Below, one piece after another: positions 47,662-57,449 of a stretch of DNA of 64,000 nucleotides. The stretch is from Vulcanimicrobiota bacterium (GTDB taxonomy: Bacteria > Vulcanimicrobiota > Vulcanimicrobiia > Vulcanimicrobiales > Vulcanimicrobiaceae), in NCBI GenBank assembly GCA_963786105.1, contig CAWAXX010000014.1:128001-192000 (forward strand). Direction: 5' to 3'. Under the pieces are notes generated by a model, which searched no databases, was not told where the DNA came from, and worked only from the letters and a program-made list of their open reading frames with translations. Numbering within the stretch: the stretch's first letter is position 1; each line of letters starts with the position of its first letter. The position numbers and the translations under genes are program-made.

Positions 47662-49509
47662 GTGAATCGCACCGGCATTTTCGCAACGGCTTTGCTCGTG
47701 GGCTTCCTCCTCGTTGCGCCGGCCGGGGCACAGGTGACCTTAGTCGTAGGCTCGGTGAGGGACCAGCACGGGGCCGCCATCGAGGGGGCGAGCGTGATCG
47801 CCGTCGATCCCCGCGGGATTAGTTCGGTCGCGAAAACCGACCCGTCGGGGACGTTCGCGTTACCCGCGCCCGGCGCCATCACGGTGACGGTTGCGTGCCG
47901 ATACTGCGAGTCGCGAACCTTTCCGGTGGTCGCCGATCAACCGGTAGTGGCGATCGTCCGGCGATTCGACGCACTCTTCGACGAGTCACCCTCTCCCCGC
48001 GATTTGGCAAACCTGCCGTACGCTCACGTCGAATCGGCGATGGCGCTTCATCCGTTCTCGCTTCTGCGCCAAACCACCGGCGTGCTGCCGGGTTCGCAGT
48101 TGAGCGACCGAGGCTTAGCTCCCGCAAATGCGCTGCTCGTCGACGCCGGCGTTCCGAACTACGACGTTGTGCTCGGAACGACGCCCTACGATACGATTCC
48201 AGCGGCATACGAACAGACAGGTTCCGTCACGACGCCTGCGGCAGCGTTTCTGTATGGAGATCAAGCCGGATCGGGCATCGTATCGCTCGAGCCGTTCGGG
48301 GGCGACAACATCGACGTGGCGCTCACCGGGGGCGACCAAACGCTGCGTCTTGCGGCGGGCTCGGACTTTGCGCGCGTTGCGGCCGCAACGTACAGCAACC
48401 AATCCGAGTCGCGCCAGCGTTCGGATGCCGCGGTGAGGTTCCCGCTCTCTACCGCTCAAACGCTGCTCTTTAGCGGCGGAACCTCGCAAGACCGAGAGTA
48501 CGGCGATCCGACCTCGACGCTAAACGGCAGTTTTACGTTCGCAAACGCCGCGTTCGACGACGCACAACCGAACGTCGACATACATGCTTCGTTCGTAGCC
48601 GATCGCGGTGGCTACATGGCCAGTGAAGGCGGTCTGCCGATTACCGATATTTGGTCCGACTCAAACTTTACCGCCGGTGTGCGCACGCGCGGAATGGTGG
48701 CCGCATTTGCCGACGTGTCGAATCGGCTTTCTACCGGAATTTACGACGCGACGGCGTACCGAGAGCCGCGGATCGGCGGAACGCTCACGCAGAACCGCGT
48801 GGATGCGGGGATCGACGCGAACACGCGCGACCTCGACGTAACGGCCGGAGTCGGATTCTTCGGCATCGACTACACGGGAGGCTCCGATGGATCGTCGGTT
48901 CCTGCAAACGCTCACCTGGCGACGCCGTCGTTGCTCGTCCGGCTGTTTCCAAACTCGAAGTGGAGCGCCGCCCTGGATGCCAGCGGCTCTTTCACGCTGC
49001 CGACGCTCTGGGAGCAGTACGCGTTTCACGACGGCTACCACACGTTCGTCTACGATCGCAACTCGCTCTACTCCGCGACGCTCTCGTACACGGACGACGC
49101 TCGCGTACGAGTCTCCGCCGAGGCCGCTTCGCAGCACGTCAGCGGATTCACCAACGGCCTGGTTACGTCGGACGGCGTCTCGATCGCGTGGCAGATCGCG
49201 CCGGCGATCTCGTTGCGGGCGTGGACGATGCACGTCAGCGATTCGACGACGCCTTCCTACGGAAACCCGTACTACGGTTCGGGCATGCCGTCGGACGTGA
49301 ACGCCTTATGGCTGACGTACGCGAACGGTGCCGCCCTACGCATCGACGCGATCTATCGTCGAGATATTCTCAACCGGGAGCCGTTCTATCACGTAGACGC
49401 GGACGTCTCTGGGCCGATCACCGATCGCCTTCGCTGGTACGCCGGCGTCGAGGATCGTCAGCGTACCAACGACCTCGACGTGGGCGTACGATTCGCCGGC
49501 GGCCCTTAA
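47662..49509 (+). CDS. Outer-membrane receptor-like protein with carboxypeptidase-regulatory-like N-terminal domain
   Basis: Signal peptide; G.VRD..G.AI.GA.V…TD.SG.F.L; beta-barrel-like C-terminus VGVRF; start could alternatively be 47647. Confidence 0.65.
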   Translation: MNRTGIFATALLVGFLLVAPAGAQVTLVVGSVRDQHGAAIEGASVIAVDPRGISSVAKTDPSGTFALPAPGAITVTVACRYCESRTFPVVADQPVVAIVRRFDALFDESPSPRDLANLPYAHVESAMALHPFSLLRQTTGVLPGSQLSDRGLAPANALLVDAGVPNYDVVLGTTPYDTIPAAYEQTGSVTTPAAAFLYGDQAGSGIVSLEPFGGDNIDVALTGGDQTLRLAAGSDFARVAAATYSNQSESRQRSDAAVRFPLSTAQTLLFSGGTSQDREYGDPTSTLNGSFTFANAAFDDAQPNVDIHASFVADRGGYMASEGGLPITDIWSDSNFTAGVRTRGMVAAFADVSNRLSTGIYDATAYREPRIGGTLTQNRVDAGIDANTRDLDVTAGVGFFGIDYTGGSDGSSVPANAHLATPSLLVRLFPNSKWSAALDASGSFTLPTLWEQYAFHDGYHTFVYDRNSLYSATLSYTDDARVRVSAEAASQHVSGFTNGLVTSDGVSIAWQIAPAISLRAWTMHVSDSTTPSYGNPYYGSGMPSDVNALWLTYANGAALRIDAIYRRDILNREPFYHVDADVSGPITDRLRWYAGVEDRQRTNDLDVGVRFAGGP

Positions 49510-49518
49510 GCTCGATCG

Positions 49519-51780
49519 CTATTCGTCACGCCTGCCCTGGGGGCGACGGCGACGCCGCATCGGCGGCGCGCCCGGAGCATCGGCGAGATCGCGTTGCCCG
49601 GGCGCTTCGCGTGGTTCGGGCAGTTCGCGCGGGGCGCGCCGTCCTTGGTCGCCGCTGCCGTTGGACGAGCCGAGTAGGGCTTTACGCGACAGGTTGAGGC
49701 GGCCTTGGCTGTCGACCTCCATCACCTTAACGGTGATCTCGTCGCCAACGTTGACCACGTCCTCCACGCGCTCGACGCGCTGCGGTGCGAGCTGGCTGAT
49801 GTGTACGAGGCCTTCCTTACCTGGAAGAATCTGGACGAACGCACCGATCGGAATGACGCGCGTAACGGTACCGAGATACGTTTCGCCGACGACGATTTCT
49901 TTGGTGAGGTTCTCCACGATCTGTCGAGCCTTATCGCCGGATTCGCCGTCGAGCGACGTAATGAAGACCGACCCGTCGTCTTCGATGTCGATCTTGGTGA
50001 CGCCGGTATCGGCGATGATCTTGTTGATGACCTTGCCGCCTGGACCGATCACGTCTTTGATCTTGGCGGGATCGATCTTTATGACGATCATTCGCGGCGC
50101 GTACTTCGAGAGTTCGGTGCGCGGCGCGTCGATCGTTTCGGCAAGCTTATCGATGATGAAGTAACGTGACTTTTTTGCTTCCGCCATCGCCTCGCGCATG
50201 ATCTTGAGCGTGATGCCTTGGACTTTGATGTCCATTTGGATGGCGGTGATACCCTTTTTGGTTCCGGCGACCTTGAAGTCCATCTCGCCGAGCGAGTCTT
50301 CGAGCCCCTGAATGTCGGTCAATATGGCGTATTTATCGCCTTTGAGGATCAGGCCCATGGCGACGCCGGCCACGTGCCCTTTGATCGGAACGCCGGCATC
50401 CATCAACGCGAGCGTCGAACCGCAAACCGACGCCATCGAAGACGAGCCGTTGGATTCGAGCACCTCGCTCATCACGCGAATCGTATAAGGAAACTCTTCC
50501 TTTAGCGGAAGAACCGGAAGCAACGCACGTTCCGCCAGCGCGCCGTGCCCGATCTCGCGACGCCCCGGTCCGCGCATCGGCCGGGTTTCGCCGACCGAAA
50601 ACGGCGGGAAGTCGTAGAAGTGCATGTAGCGCTTGTCTTCGAGCGCGACGATGCCGTCGAGCCGTTGCGCGTCGCTCGACGATCCGAGGGTGGCGGCCGT
50701 GAACACCTGCGTCTGGCCTCGAGTGAAAACGCCCGATCCGTGAACGCGCGGCACGTAGTGCACCTTGCTCCAGATCGGTCGGATTTCGTCGGCTTTGCGG
50801 CCGTCGGGACGAATCTTTTCGTCGACGACCATCGTGCGCAGCTCTTCCTCTTCCATGGTTTTGAGGATCTTGCCGAATTCTTTCGATGCCGCGGAATCCT
50901 CCAGCAAAGCACTGATGTCGGCGTCTTTCTTGCCGCAGCGCGCGAGCGCTTCGTCGACGTTCAATTGCGCGAACGCTTCCTCACGCTGACCTTTCTCGAC
51001 GACCCGCATCGCTTTGGCAACGTCCTTGCCAAAGTTTTTGCGCACCCATTTATCGAGGTCGGAGTTGACGTGCTGGACCGGATACTCGCGCTTTTTCTTG
51101 CCGTTTTTCTTAACCAGCTGGTCGATCGCTTTCACGATCCGCTTGATTTCGCCGTGCGCGAACTCGACGGCGCCGAGGAAATCTTCCTCGGCGATTTCGT
51201 TCCCGCCGCCTTCAACCATCATCACGGCGTCGGCCGTGCCGGCAACGATGATGTCCATGCCACCGGTTTCGTACTGCGGCAGCGTGGGGTTCGCGATGAA
51301 CTCGCCGCTTTCGTCGCGGCCGACGCGCACCGCAGCAACGGTTTTGTCGAACGGAATGTCGCTGAGTGCGAGGGCGGCGCCGGCGGCGCAGACGCCGAGT
51401 ACGTCGGCATCGAGTTCCGGATCGATCGAAAGTACGGTCGCGACGATCTGCACGTCGTTGCGAAAGCCGTCGGGGAACAGCGGCCGGATCGGACGATCGA
51501 TCTGTCGCGAGCTGAGCACGGCGTGCTCGGTCGGGCGGCCTTCGCGCTTGATAAAGCCGCCCGGTATCTTGCCGGCGGCAAACATTTTCTCTTCGAAATC
51601 GCAGGTAAGGGGGAACCAGTCGATGCCTTCGCGGGGCTTGGCGGAGGCGGTGGCGGCGCAGAGCACGACGTTTTGATCGCCATAACGAACAACCGCGGAG
51701 CCATTTGCTTGCTTCGCGAGTTCGCCGGTTTCGATGACCATCGTGCGCCCGCCGACCTCTAAGGTCACGGAATCGGGCAC
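49519..51780 (-). CDS. pnp: Polyribonucleotide nucleotidyltransferase (PNPase)
   Basis: GKIPGGFIKREGRP, RREIGHG, SNGSSSMASVC, DMDFKVAG, KH (IGPGGK) and S1 domains. Confidence 0.98.
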   Translation of the reverse strand: MPDSVTLEVGGRTMVIETGELAKQANGSAVVRYGDQNVVLCAATASAKPREGIDWFPLTCDFEEKMFAAGKIPGGFIKREGRPTEHAVLSSRQIDRPIRPLFPDGFRNDVQIVATVLSIDPELDADVLGVCAAGAALALSDIPFDKTVAAVRVGRDESGEFIANPTLPQYETGGMDIIVAGTADAVMMVEGGGNEIAEEDFLGAVEFAHGEIKRIVKAIDQLVKKNGKKKREYPVQHVNSDLDKWVRKNFGKDVAKAMRVVEKGQREEAFAQLNVDEALARCGKKDADISALLEDSAASKEFGKILKTMEEEELRTMVVDEKIRPDGRKADEIRPIWSKVHYVPRVHGSGVFTRGQTQVFTAATLGSSSDAQRLDGIVALEDKRYMHFYDFPPFSVGETRPMRGPGRREIGHGALAERALLPVLPLKEEFPYTIRVMSEVLESNGSSSMASVCGSTLALMDAGVPIKGHVAGVAMGLILKGDKYAILTDIQGLEDSLGEMDFKVAGTKKGITAIQMDIKVQGITLKIMREAMAEAKKSRYFIIDKLAETIDAPRTELSKYAPRMIVIKIDPAKIKDVIGPGGKVINKIIADTGVTKIDIEDDGSVFITSLDGESGDKARQIVENLTKEIVVGETYLGTVTRVIPIGAFVQILPGKEGLVHISQLAPQRVERVEDVVNVGDEITVKVMEVDSQGRLNLSRKALLGSSNGSGDQGRRAPRELPEPREAPGQRDLADAPGAPPMRRRRRPQGRRDE

Positions 51781-51967
51781 GTTGTCTCCTAGTTTTTGTA
51801 TGATTGCTTTATGTTTAACCGAGCCGGGTTCGGGAGGCCCGGTGGCCCGACCTCCCGGAGTACGCTTAGTAGGTTAGTAAGTCAACCTGGCTGAATCCGC
51901 TGGTGGAATCGCTGGAAAATTCCCCATTCCTAGGGTCGCGCACAGGCGCCCTGGTATAACGGCCTCT

Positions 51968-52825
51968 ATGCAAACGCTTACATCCGCACGCCGGAAAGAG
52001 CTCGAACTTAAAGCCAACGACGTGCGGCAGGGTATCATCCGCTCGCTGTTGGCAGCCGGTTCGGGGCACTCGGCTGGACCGTTGGATATGTCCGACGTAT
52101 TCGCCGCCCTCTACGGTTTTCTGATGCGGCACGACCCCGAGCGCCCGGAATGGCCGGACCGGGACCGCTTGCTGCTGTCGTGCGGACACATCGCACCCGT
52201 CCGGTATTCGGCGATGGCCAACTTCGGATACTTTCCGGTCGAAGAGCTATTGACGCTGCGCAAGTTCGGTTCGCGTTTGCAAGGCCATCCGGAACGGGTA
52301 TCGCTGCCGTCGGTCGAGACGACGTCGGGTCCTCTAGGAGAAGGGTTGGCGCAGGGCGTGGGCATGGCGCTCGGTGCCAAAATGAACGACCGGGACTTTC
52401 GCGTGTGGGTGGTCACGTCGGATGCCGAGCATCAATGCGGGCTGCATTGGGAAGCGGTCATGACCGCGGCCAAGTTCAAGCTCGACAATCTCACGTGCAT
52501 CGTTGACCGCAACTTCATTCAAATCGACGGCAGCACCGAGGACGTGATGCCGCTGGAGCCGCTGGGCGAGAAATACCGCGCGTTCAACTGGGAAGTTTTC
52601 GAGTGCGACGGTAACGACATCGCCGACTTCGTCGCAACAGCGCAGCGCGCCAGGGAGGTGACCGGCAAACCCCAGGTCGTCATCGCGAACACCGTTCCCG
52701 GGAAGGGCGTGTCGTTCATGGAAGGCGACTATACGTGGCACGGTAAGCCGCCGAACGCGCAGCAAGCCGACGAGGCGCTGCGCGAGCTGAACGCGCAACG
52801 GGAAAGGATCCTCGCAAATGCATAG
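51968..52825 (+). CDS. Transketolase, N-terminal (TPP-binding) subunit
   Basis: GSGH, DR..LS.GH, LQGHP, SGPLGEG, SDAE…G..WEA, DRN..QIDG, WHG. Confidence 0.9.
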   Translation: MQTLTSARRKELELKANDVRQGIIRSLLAAGSGHSAGPLDMSDVFAALYGFLMRHDPERPEWPDRDRLLLSCGHIAPVRYSAMANFGYFPVEELLTLRKFGSRLQGHPERVSLPSVETTSGPLGEGLAQGVGMALGAKMNDRDFRVWVVTSDAEHQCGLHWEAVMTAAKFKLDNLTCIVDRNFIQIDGSTEDVMPLEPLGEKYRAFNWEVFECDGNDIADFVATAQRAREVTGKPQVVIANTVPGKGVSFMEGDYTWHGKPPNAQQADEALRELNAQRERILANA

Positions 52826-53834
52826 CGCCGCGAACGTCCTCGATAGCGCGGCGGTTGCGATGCATCTAGGCGACTATCGCGCCGCCGATCTCAAGCAGGT
52901 CCCGACCCGCAACGGTTTCGGCGAAGGATTGATCGAAGCAGGCTCGCGCAACCACGACGTCATCGGTATCTGCGCGGATCTGTCGGAATCGACGCGCTTC
53001 GAAGGATTCAAAAAAGCCCATCCCGCGCAGTACGTCGAGATCGGCGTGTCGGAGCAGTTGCTCGTCGCGATGGCCGGCGGCCTTGCGTCGGTCGGCAAGG
53101 TTCCCTGGATCGCCAGTTACGCCATGTTCAATCCCGGACGGTCCTGGGAACAAGTGCGCACGATCATGGCGCTCAACGAAACCAACGTGAAGATCGCCGG
53201 CGCGCATGCCGGCGTCTCCGTCGGGCCCGACGGCGCTACCCATCAGGCGATCGAGGACATCGCCATCATGCGCGTGATTCCACACATGACCGTGGTGGTG
53301 CCGTGCGACGCGGTGCAAACCAAGAAGGCGACGATCGCGCTTTCGGAACGCTGGGGCCCCGCCTACTTGCGATTCGGCCGCGAGAAGTCGGCCGTTTTTA
53401 CGACGGACGAAACGCCGTTCGAAATCGGGGTCGCCCAAACGCTGCGCGAAGGCGGTGACGTCGCGATCGTCGCTTGCGGCATTCTCGTCTACAACGCGCT
53501 CGTTGCGGCCGATCAGCTAGCGCGTGAGGACGGGATCGAATGTCGCGTCGTCAACAACCACACGGTCAAGCCGATGGACGAGCCGGCGATCGTCGACGCG
53601 GCGCGAGCGTGCGGCGCCGTCGTAACCGTTGAAGAACATCAGAAGCACGCGGGCATGGGTTCGCGCGTCGCCGAGATTCTCGCGCAGACGTTCCCCACGC
53701 CCATCGAATTTATCGGGGTCGAGGACCGTTTCGGCCAATCCGGCGATCCGGTCGAACTGATCGAGTTCTACGGCATGGGCGTCGGCGCGATTAAAGACGC
53801 GGTGCGCCGGGCTCACAAACGCAAGATGCGCTAG
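52818..53834 (+). CDS. Transketolase, C-terminal subunit
   Basis: ADL..ST, GVSEQ, GPDGATHQAIED, TVEEH, DRFGQSG. Confidence 0.9.
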   Translation: MHSAANVLDSAAVAMHLGDYRAADLKQVPTRNGFGEGLIEAGSRNHDVIGICADLSESTRFEGFKKAHPAQYVEIGVSEQLLVAMAGGLASVGKVPWIASYAMFNPGRSWEQVRTIMALNETNVKIAGAHAGVSVGPDGATHQAIEDIAIMRVIPHMTVVVPCDAVQTKKATIALSERWGPAYLRFGREKSAVFTTDETPFEIGVAQTLREGGDVAIVACGILVYNALVAADQLAREDGIECRVVNNHTVKPMDEPAIVDAARACGAVVTVEEHQKHAGMGSRVAEILAQTFPTPIEFIGVEDRFGQSGDPVELIEFYGMGVGAIKDAVRRAHKRKMR

Positions 53835-54364
53835 TCGAGTCGTTCTCGAAACTCGCGGTATCGATTCGCTTCGCCCTCCTCGACGCTCCAGCGTTCGATG
53901 GCATGCAAATCGACTGCACCGGTTTGGGCCACCGCTACCGCAGCTGCGAGAGCGCTTCGGTCGGCAAAAAAATAGAACGACGCTAAACGGTCTCGAATGC
54001 AATCCGTCCGAGAGAGGATGTGGAGGAGTTCGTCGCCACGGCGAATCGTAGCGTGTTTGGTTATAAGGTGTCTTCCAACGGCCAGCGGGCCGGGAGGAAA
54101 TTCGATGGTATACGGATTGTCTTTATGGGCGTAGGTTCCGCCGAACTCGCTGTATCCCAGCTCCAGCATGACCTCGCCGCCTCCCCGTGCCGAACGCTTC
54201 AAGTGGATCACGAAGTCTGCGTCCCGCGATTGATACGCTTGTGGTGCGTAGTACGTCGCTGCGCTTCCTCCGCTCAAGACCGCAACTATTCCGGATCGAT
54301 CAAGGGCCGAACAAACCGCGAAGCAGACGTCGGCGAGTGACGTCCGTGTCGTAATGATAGACAC
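53831..54364 (-). CDS. Nucleotidyltransferase-fold protein (AbiEii/DUF1814-like putative toxin)
   Basis: LSGGSA…Y.S.DAD polymerase-beta-type motif. Confidence 0.65.
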   Translation of the reverse strand: MSIITTRTSLADVCFAVCSALDRSGIVAVLSGGSAATYYAPQAYQSRDADFVIHLKRSARGGGEVMLELGYSEFGGTYAHKDNPYTIEFPPGPLAVGRHLITKHATIRRGDELLHILSRTDCIRDRLASFYFFADRSALAAAVAVAQTGAVDLHAIERWSVEEGEANRYREFRERLD

Positions 54365-54365
54365 C

Positions 54366-54695
54366 TTACAGGGCCTTACCGGCGCGGCGGGGTCGACGGC
54401 GAAGTTGCGAAACGGCGCGCTCGAGATCGGGTTCGCGCTTTGCGTATTTCAGAAGGAATGCTCGAAGATCGTCGATTCCGTAAAGCCGCTTGTTTAAAGC
54501 GACCTGGCGGTTTGCGCCGACAATACGCGAAGCGAGAATCCCTTCGCGTTCAAGTTGGCTTACGATGCGCTGTACGCTAACGAGAGGGGCGTCGGCAAGT
54601 CGCGCGAGTTCTCGTGGATAGGTTTCTTCGAGCAACGCGATGAGGAGCAGAACTTTCGTTCGGACCGGGCTTCCGAAGAGCTTCGCTGGAATCAT
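54366..54695 (-). CDS. Winged-helix DNA-binding protein (putative antitoxin/repressor)
   Basis: LFGS.VR.KVL…YPRELAR…SVQRIV..LE.EGIL.S..VG..R wHTH pattern. Confidence 0.75.
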   Translation of the reverse strand: MIPAKLFGSPVRTKVLLLIALLEETYPRELARLADAPLVSVQRIVSQLEREGILASRIVGANRQVALNKRLYGIDDLRAFLLKYAKREPDLERAVSQLRRRPRRAGKAL

Positions 54696-54708
54696 ATCGT
54701 GGAGTACT

Positions 54709-54746
54709 ATATCAAAAATGTAGTCGGATGACTACATTTTTGATAT
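54709..54746. promoter_or_regulatory. Perfect 17-bp inverted repeat (operator) over the wHTH-NTase promoter
   Basis: ATATCAAAAATGTAGTC-GGAT-GACTACATTTTTGATAT; minus-strand TATAGT -10 at 54711-54706. Confidence 0.85.
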
Positions 54747-54771
54747 TACGACCACGAACAAAGGTTCGCGA

Positions 54772-55041
54772 CTAGCGGCGTAGGCCGAGGTCGGATATCA
54801 ACGAGCGATAGCGCTCCAGGTCATTGGCTTGCAGGTAGTTGAGCAGACGGCGACGCTGACCGACTTGTAAAAGCAGGCCGCGGCGACTGTGATGGTCTTT
54901 CTTGTGGATCTTCAGATGCTCGGTGAGCATGTTGATCGAGGCGGTTAGGATTGCGACTTGCACTTCGGCCGATCCGGTATCGTTCGATCCGCGGCCGTAC
55001 TTGGCGGCAATCTCCGCCTTTTGTTCCTTGGTAAGCGGCAA
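54772..55041 (-). CDS. rpsO: 30S ribosomal protein S15
   Basis: [50 protein letters not shown] plus TTG. Confidence 0.98.
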   Translation of the reverse strand: MPLTKEQKAEIAAKYGRGSNDTGSAEVQVAILTASINMLTEHLKIHKKDHHSRRGLLLQVGQRRRLLNYLQANDLERYRSLISDLGLRR

Positions 55042-55121
55042 AGAAGTGTACTCCTTGAGCAGGATGGTCTCGCGCGGGTACAGGCCCGGATTTTCGTAGG
55101 GTCCGTCCCGGCGACCGGGCT

Positions 55122-55151
55122 ACCATAGCAGAGGGCCAGGGGGTGAAGCAA
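55122..55151 (-). promoter_or_regulatory. rpsO promoter
   Basis: TTGCTT (55151-55146), 18 nt, extended -10 TGcTATGGT. Confidence 0.55.
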
Positions 55152-55177
55152 GGCCTTTGGCGCAAATCGCTGCCCGC

Positions 55178-55759
55178 ATGAAGCCGTTCCTCGTTCCGGT
55201 CATCTACGGGTCCGTCCGCACCGCGCGGCAGGGCATCAAGGCGGCGCGTTTCGTTCGGCGCGAGCTTGTGCGGCGCGGCATCGAGGCGGTCCTGATCGAC
55301 CCCCTGGAAAAACCGCTTCCACTTCTCGACCGGATGTATAAAGAGTTTCCTCCGGGCACCGCGCCGGCCGTCATGGAGGAGCTCGCGGTGCTCTTCCGCC
55401 AGGCCGACGGCTTCGCGATCGTCTCGGGTGAGTACAACAACGGTATCCCTCCGGCGCTCAAGAATCTGCTCGATCATTTTCTCGAAGAGTATTATTGGCG
55501 TCCGGCGGCCATTGCGTGTTATTCGGGAGGACGCTGGGGAGGCGTTCGCGCCGCCATGCAACTGCGCATGACGTTGTCGGAGATGGGCATGGTAACGATT
55601 CCGTCGCTTTTGCCGACCGCGCACGTCGGCGAGACCTTTACCGACGACGGCACGCCCACCGATCCGAAGACGGAACCGTATTCCGCGCAGTTCTTCGACG
55701 AGTTTATCTGGTACATGCAAGCGCTGCGCGAGCGCCGTAAGAGCGGCGTGCCATATTGA
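55178..55759 (+). CDS. NADPH-dependent FMN reductase family
   Basis: GSVR..R.G, EYNNGIPPALKNLLD, YSGG.WGG.RA. Confidence 0.9.
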   Translation: MKPFLVPVIYGSVRTARQGIKAARFVRRELVRRGIEAVLIDPLEKPLPLLDRMYKEFPPGTAPAVMEELAVLFRQADGFAIVSGEYNNGIPPALKNLLDHFLEEYYWRPAAIACYSGGRWGGVRAAMQLRMTLSEMGMVTIPSLLPTAHVGETFTDDGTPTDPKTEPYSAQFFDEFIWYMQALRERRKSGVPY

Positions 55760-55787
55760 GATCGCAGAAAGGGTAAGAGCGGCAGAC

Positions 55788-56561
55788 GTGGATTTTGGAA
55801 TTCGCGGACGGCTCGCGTTAGTCACCGGTGCGAGTGCCGGCATTGGCGAAGCGGTCGCGCTCGCGTTGGCACGGGAAGGCGTGCGGCTGGCCGTCGCGGC
55901 GCGCCGAGCGGACCGTCTCGAAGCGTTGGCCCGGCGCGCGCTCGAAGTTGGCGCGACCGATGCTCGCGCGTTCGAGTTCGACCAAAAGAGCAGCTCGACG
56001 ATCGAAGCAATGCTCGATTCGGTCCACGTCGCCTTCGGGAGCGTCGACATCTTGGTGCTCAACGGCGGCGGGCCGAAACCCGGGAGATTTACGGACACGG
56101 CAATCGAGGACTGGGATGCCGGTTATCGCGGAGTCTTGCGCAGCATGCTGGCGTTCGTCGAGCGGGCGGTCCCCGCAATGCGCGCCAACGGATGGGGGCG
56201 GATCGTCGCGCTCACGTCGACGTCGGTGAAGCAGCCGATCGAGACCCTCGTGCTTTCAAACGCATTTCGCACGGCTCTCGTGTCGGCGCTGCGTACGCTC
56301 GCTAACGAGGTGGCTTCCGAAGGAATTACCGTCAACTGCATCGCGACTGGGCGGGTGGGGACGGATCGACTACGTTCGCTGTACGGCGGCAGCGACGAAG
56401 CGATGCACGGGGCGGCGGCGGCCGACGTGCCGATCGGTCGCATCGCGACGCCGGACGAGTTTGCCCCGCTGGTCGCGTTTTTGTGCAGCGAACCGGCGAG
56501 CTATGTTACCGGACAAACCATTTCGATCGACGGCGGACTGACGCGAGGTCTGTTCGGTTGA
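55788..56561 (+). CDS. SDR family oxidoreductase
   Basis: TGASAGIG, LVLNGGGP.PG, GITVN, G.TI.IDGG; atypical catalytic segment SNAFR. Confidence 0.9.
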   Translation: MDFGIRGRLALVTGASAGIGEAVALALAREGVRLAVAARRADRLEALARRALEVGATDARAFEFDQKSSSTIEAMLDSVHVAFGSVDILVLNGGGPKPGRFTDTAIEDWDAGYRGVLRSMLAFVERAVPAMRANGWGRIVALTSTSVKQPIETLVLSNAFRTALVSALRTLANEVASEGITVNCIATGRVGTDRLRSLYGGSDEAMHGAAAADVPIGRIATPDEFAPLVAFLCSEPASYVTGQTISIDGGLTRGLFG

Positions 56562-56902
56562 CCGGCGCAGGCGAAACCAAAACGCGCTTCGTGCGAGTAG
56601 CGAATCGTCGCGACGTTTCCAAAGGGGCTGCGACGATCGTCCGTGCCGGTCGCCACGAGGTAGCGATTTTCGACGTTGGCGGAGAGTTGCGCGCGTACGA
56701 AAACTGCTGTCCCCACCAAGGCGGTCCGATCGGTGAAGGCGTCGTCGACGGCGACACGGTGACGTGTCCGTGGCATGCGTGGTCGTTCGATCTGCGGGAC
56801 GGCAAACTCACGCTCGGCGATTTCGCCGCATTGCGCCGTTTCGAACTGCGTGTCGAAGCCGGCGCGATCTACGTTGCCACCGAACCCGTGAACCAATCGT
56901 GA
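56558..56902 (+). CDS. Rieske [2Fe-2S] ferredoxin
   Basis: CPHQGG…CPWHAW.FDL. Confidence 0.9.
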   Translation: MTGAGETKTRFVRVANRRDVSKGAATIVRAGRHEVAIFDVGGELRAYENCCPHQGGPIGEGVVDGDTVTCPWHAWSFDLRDGKLTLGDFAALRRFELRVEAGAIYVATEPVNQS

Positions 56903-57402
56903 GCGATCGCCCTACGTGGGACGGGCGCGACGGAACCGCCGGCGGTGGGGCGTTCGGTTCGGCACTGGCTGCCGTCGCGCGGGAGCGCGACGCGTCGCCC
57001 GAGGATTTGGCGCAAGCCGCCGGACTGTCGCCTCGAGAGCTCGACGCGATCGTCGCCGGCACGCGTCGCATCGGCATCAGCGGGCTCGCTCGGTTTGCCG
57101 CGGCGTTGCGCCTGCGGCCGATGGAGTTTCTCCAACGCACGCAGATATTGTCGCTGGAAGCCTACGCCTTCGGGCTCGATCCGCTCTACTTTCTACCGGA
57201 AGGGCCGGTGCGCTACGATGCGCGCATTTACATGCGCGAGATCAACCCGCGCCATCAGGTGCCCGAGGCCGACATGACGCGCCGGAATCCCACGCTCAAG
57301 GCGCTGGCGGAAGACAGCCTGCTCGACTCGCTCGGTAAGGCGGAAGTCGAAATGGCGTACCTGCTGCGGGCGGCGGTCGAGCAGACCGGTGGGACGCTTT
57401 GA
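56899..57402 (+). CDS. XRE-family HTH protein with uncharacterised C-terminal domain
   Basis: FG.AL…RER..S.EDLA.AAGLS…L..I..G.R. Confidence 0.7.
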   Translation: MSDRPTWDGRDGTAGGGAFGSALAAVARERDASPEDLAQAAGLSPRELDAIVAGTRRIGISGLARFAAALRLRPMEFLQRTQILSLEAYAFGLDPLYFLPEGPVRYDARIYMREINPRHQVPEADMTRRNPTLKALAEDSLLDSLGKAEVEMAYLLRAAVEQTGGTL

Positions 57403-57449
57403 GGGCTCTGTAGGGGTCTCGTGTGGGGAACCGCGAACGAGGGGTTCCG

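Noticed and set aside
51831..51857. pnp leader hairpin CGGGAGG…CCTCCCG as an RNase III autoregulation site
   Set aside because: Only a 7-bp clear stem in GC-rich sequence and the promoter is not confidently located.
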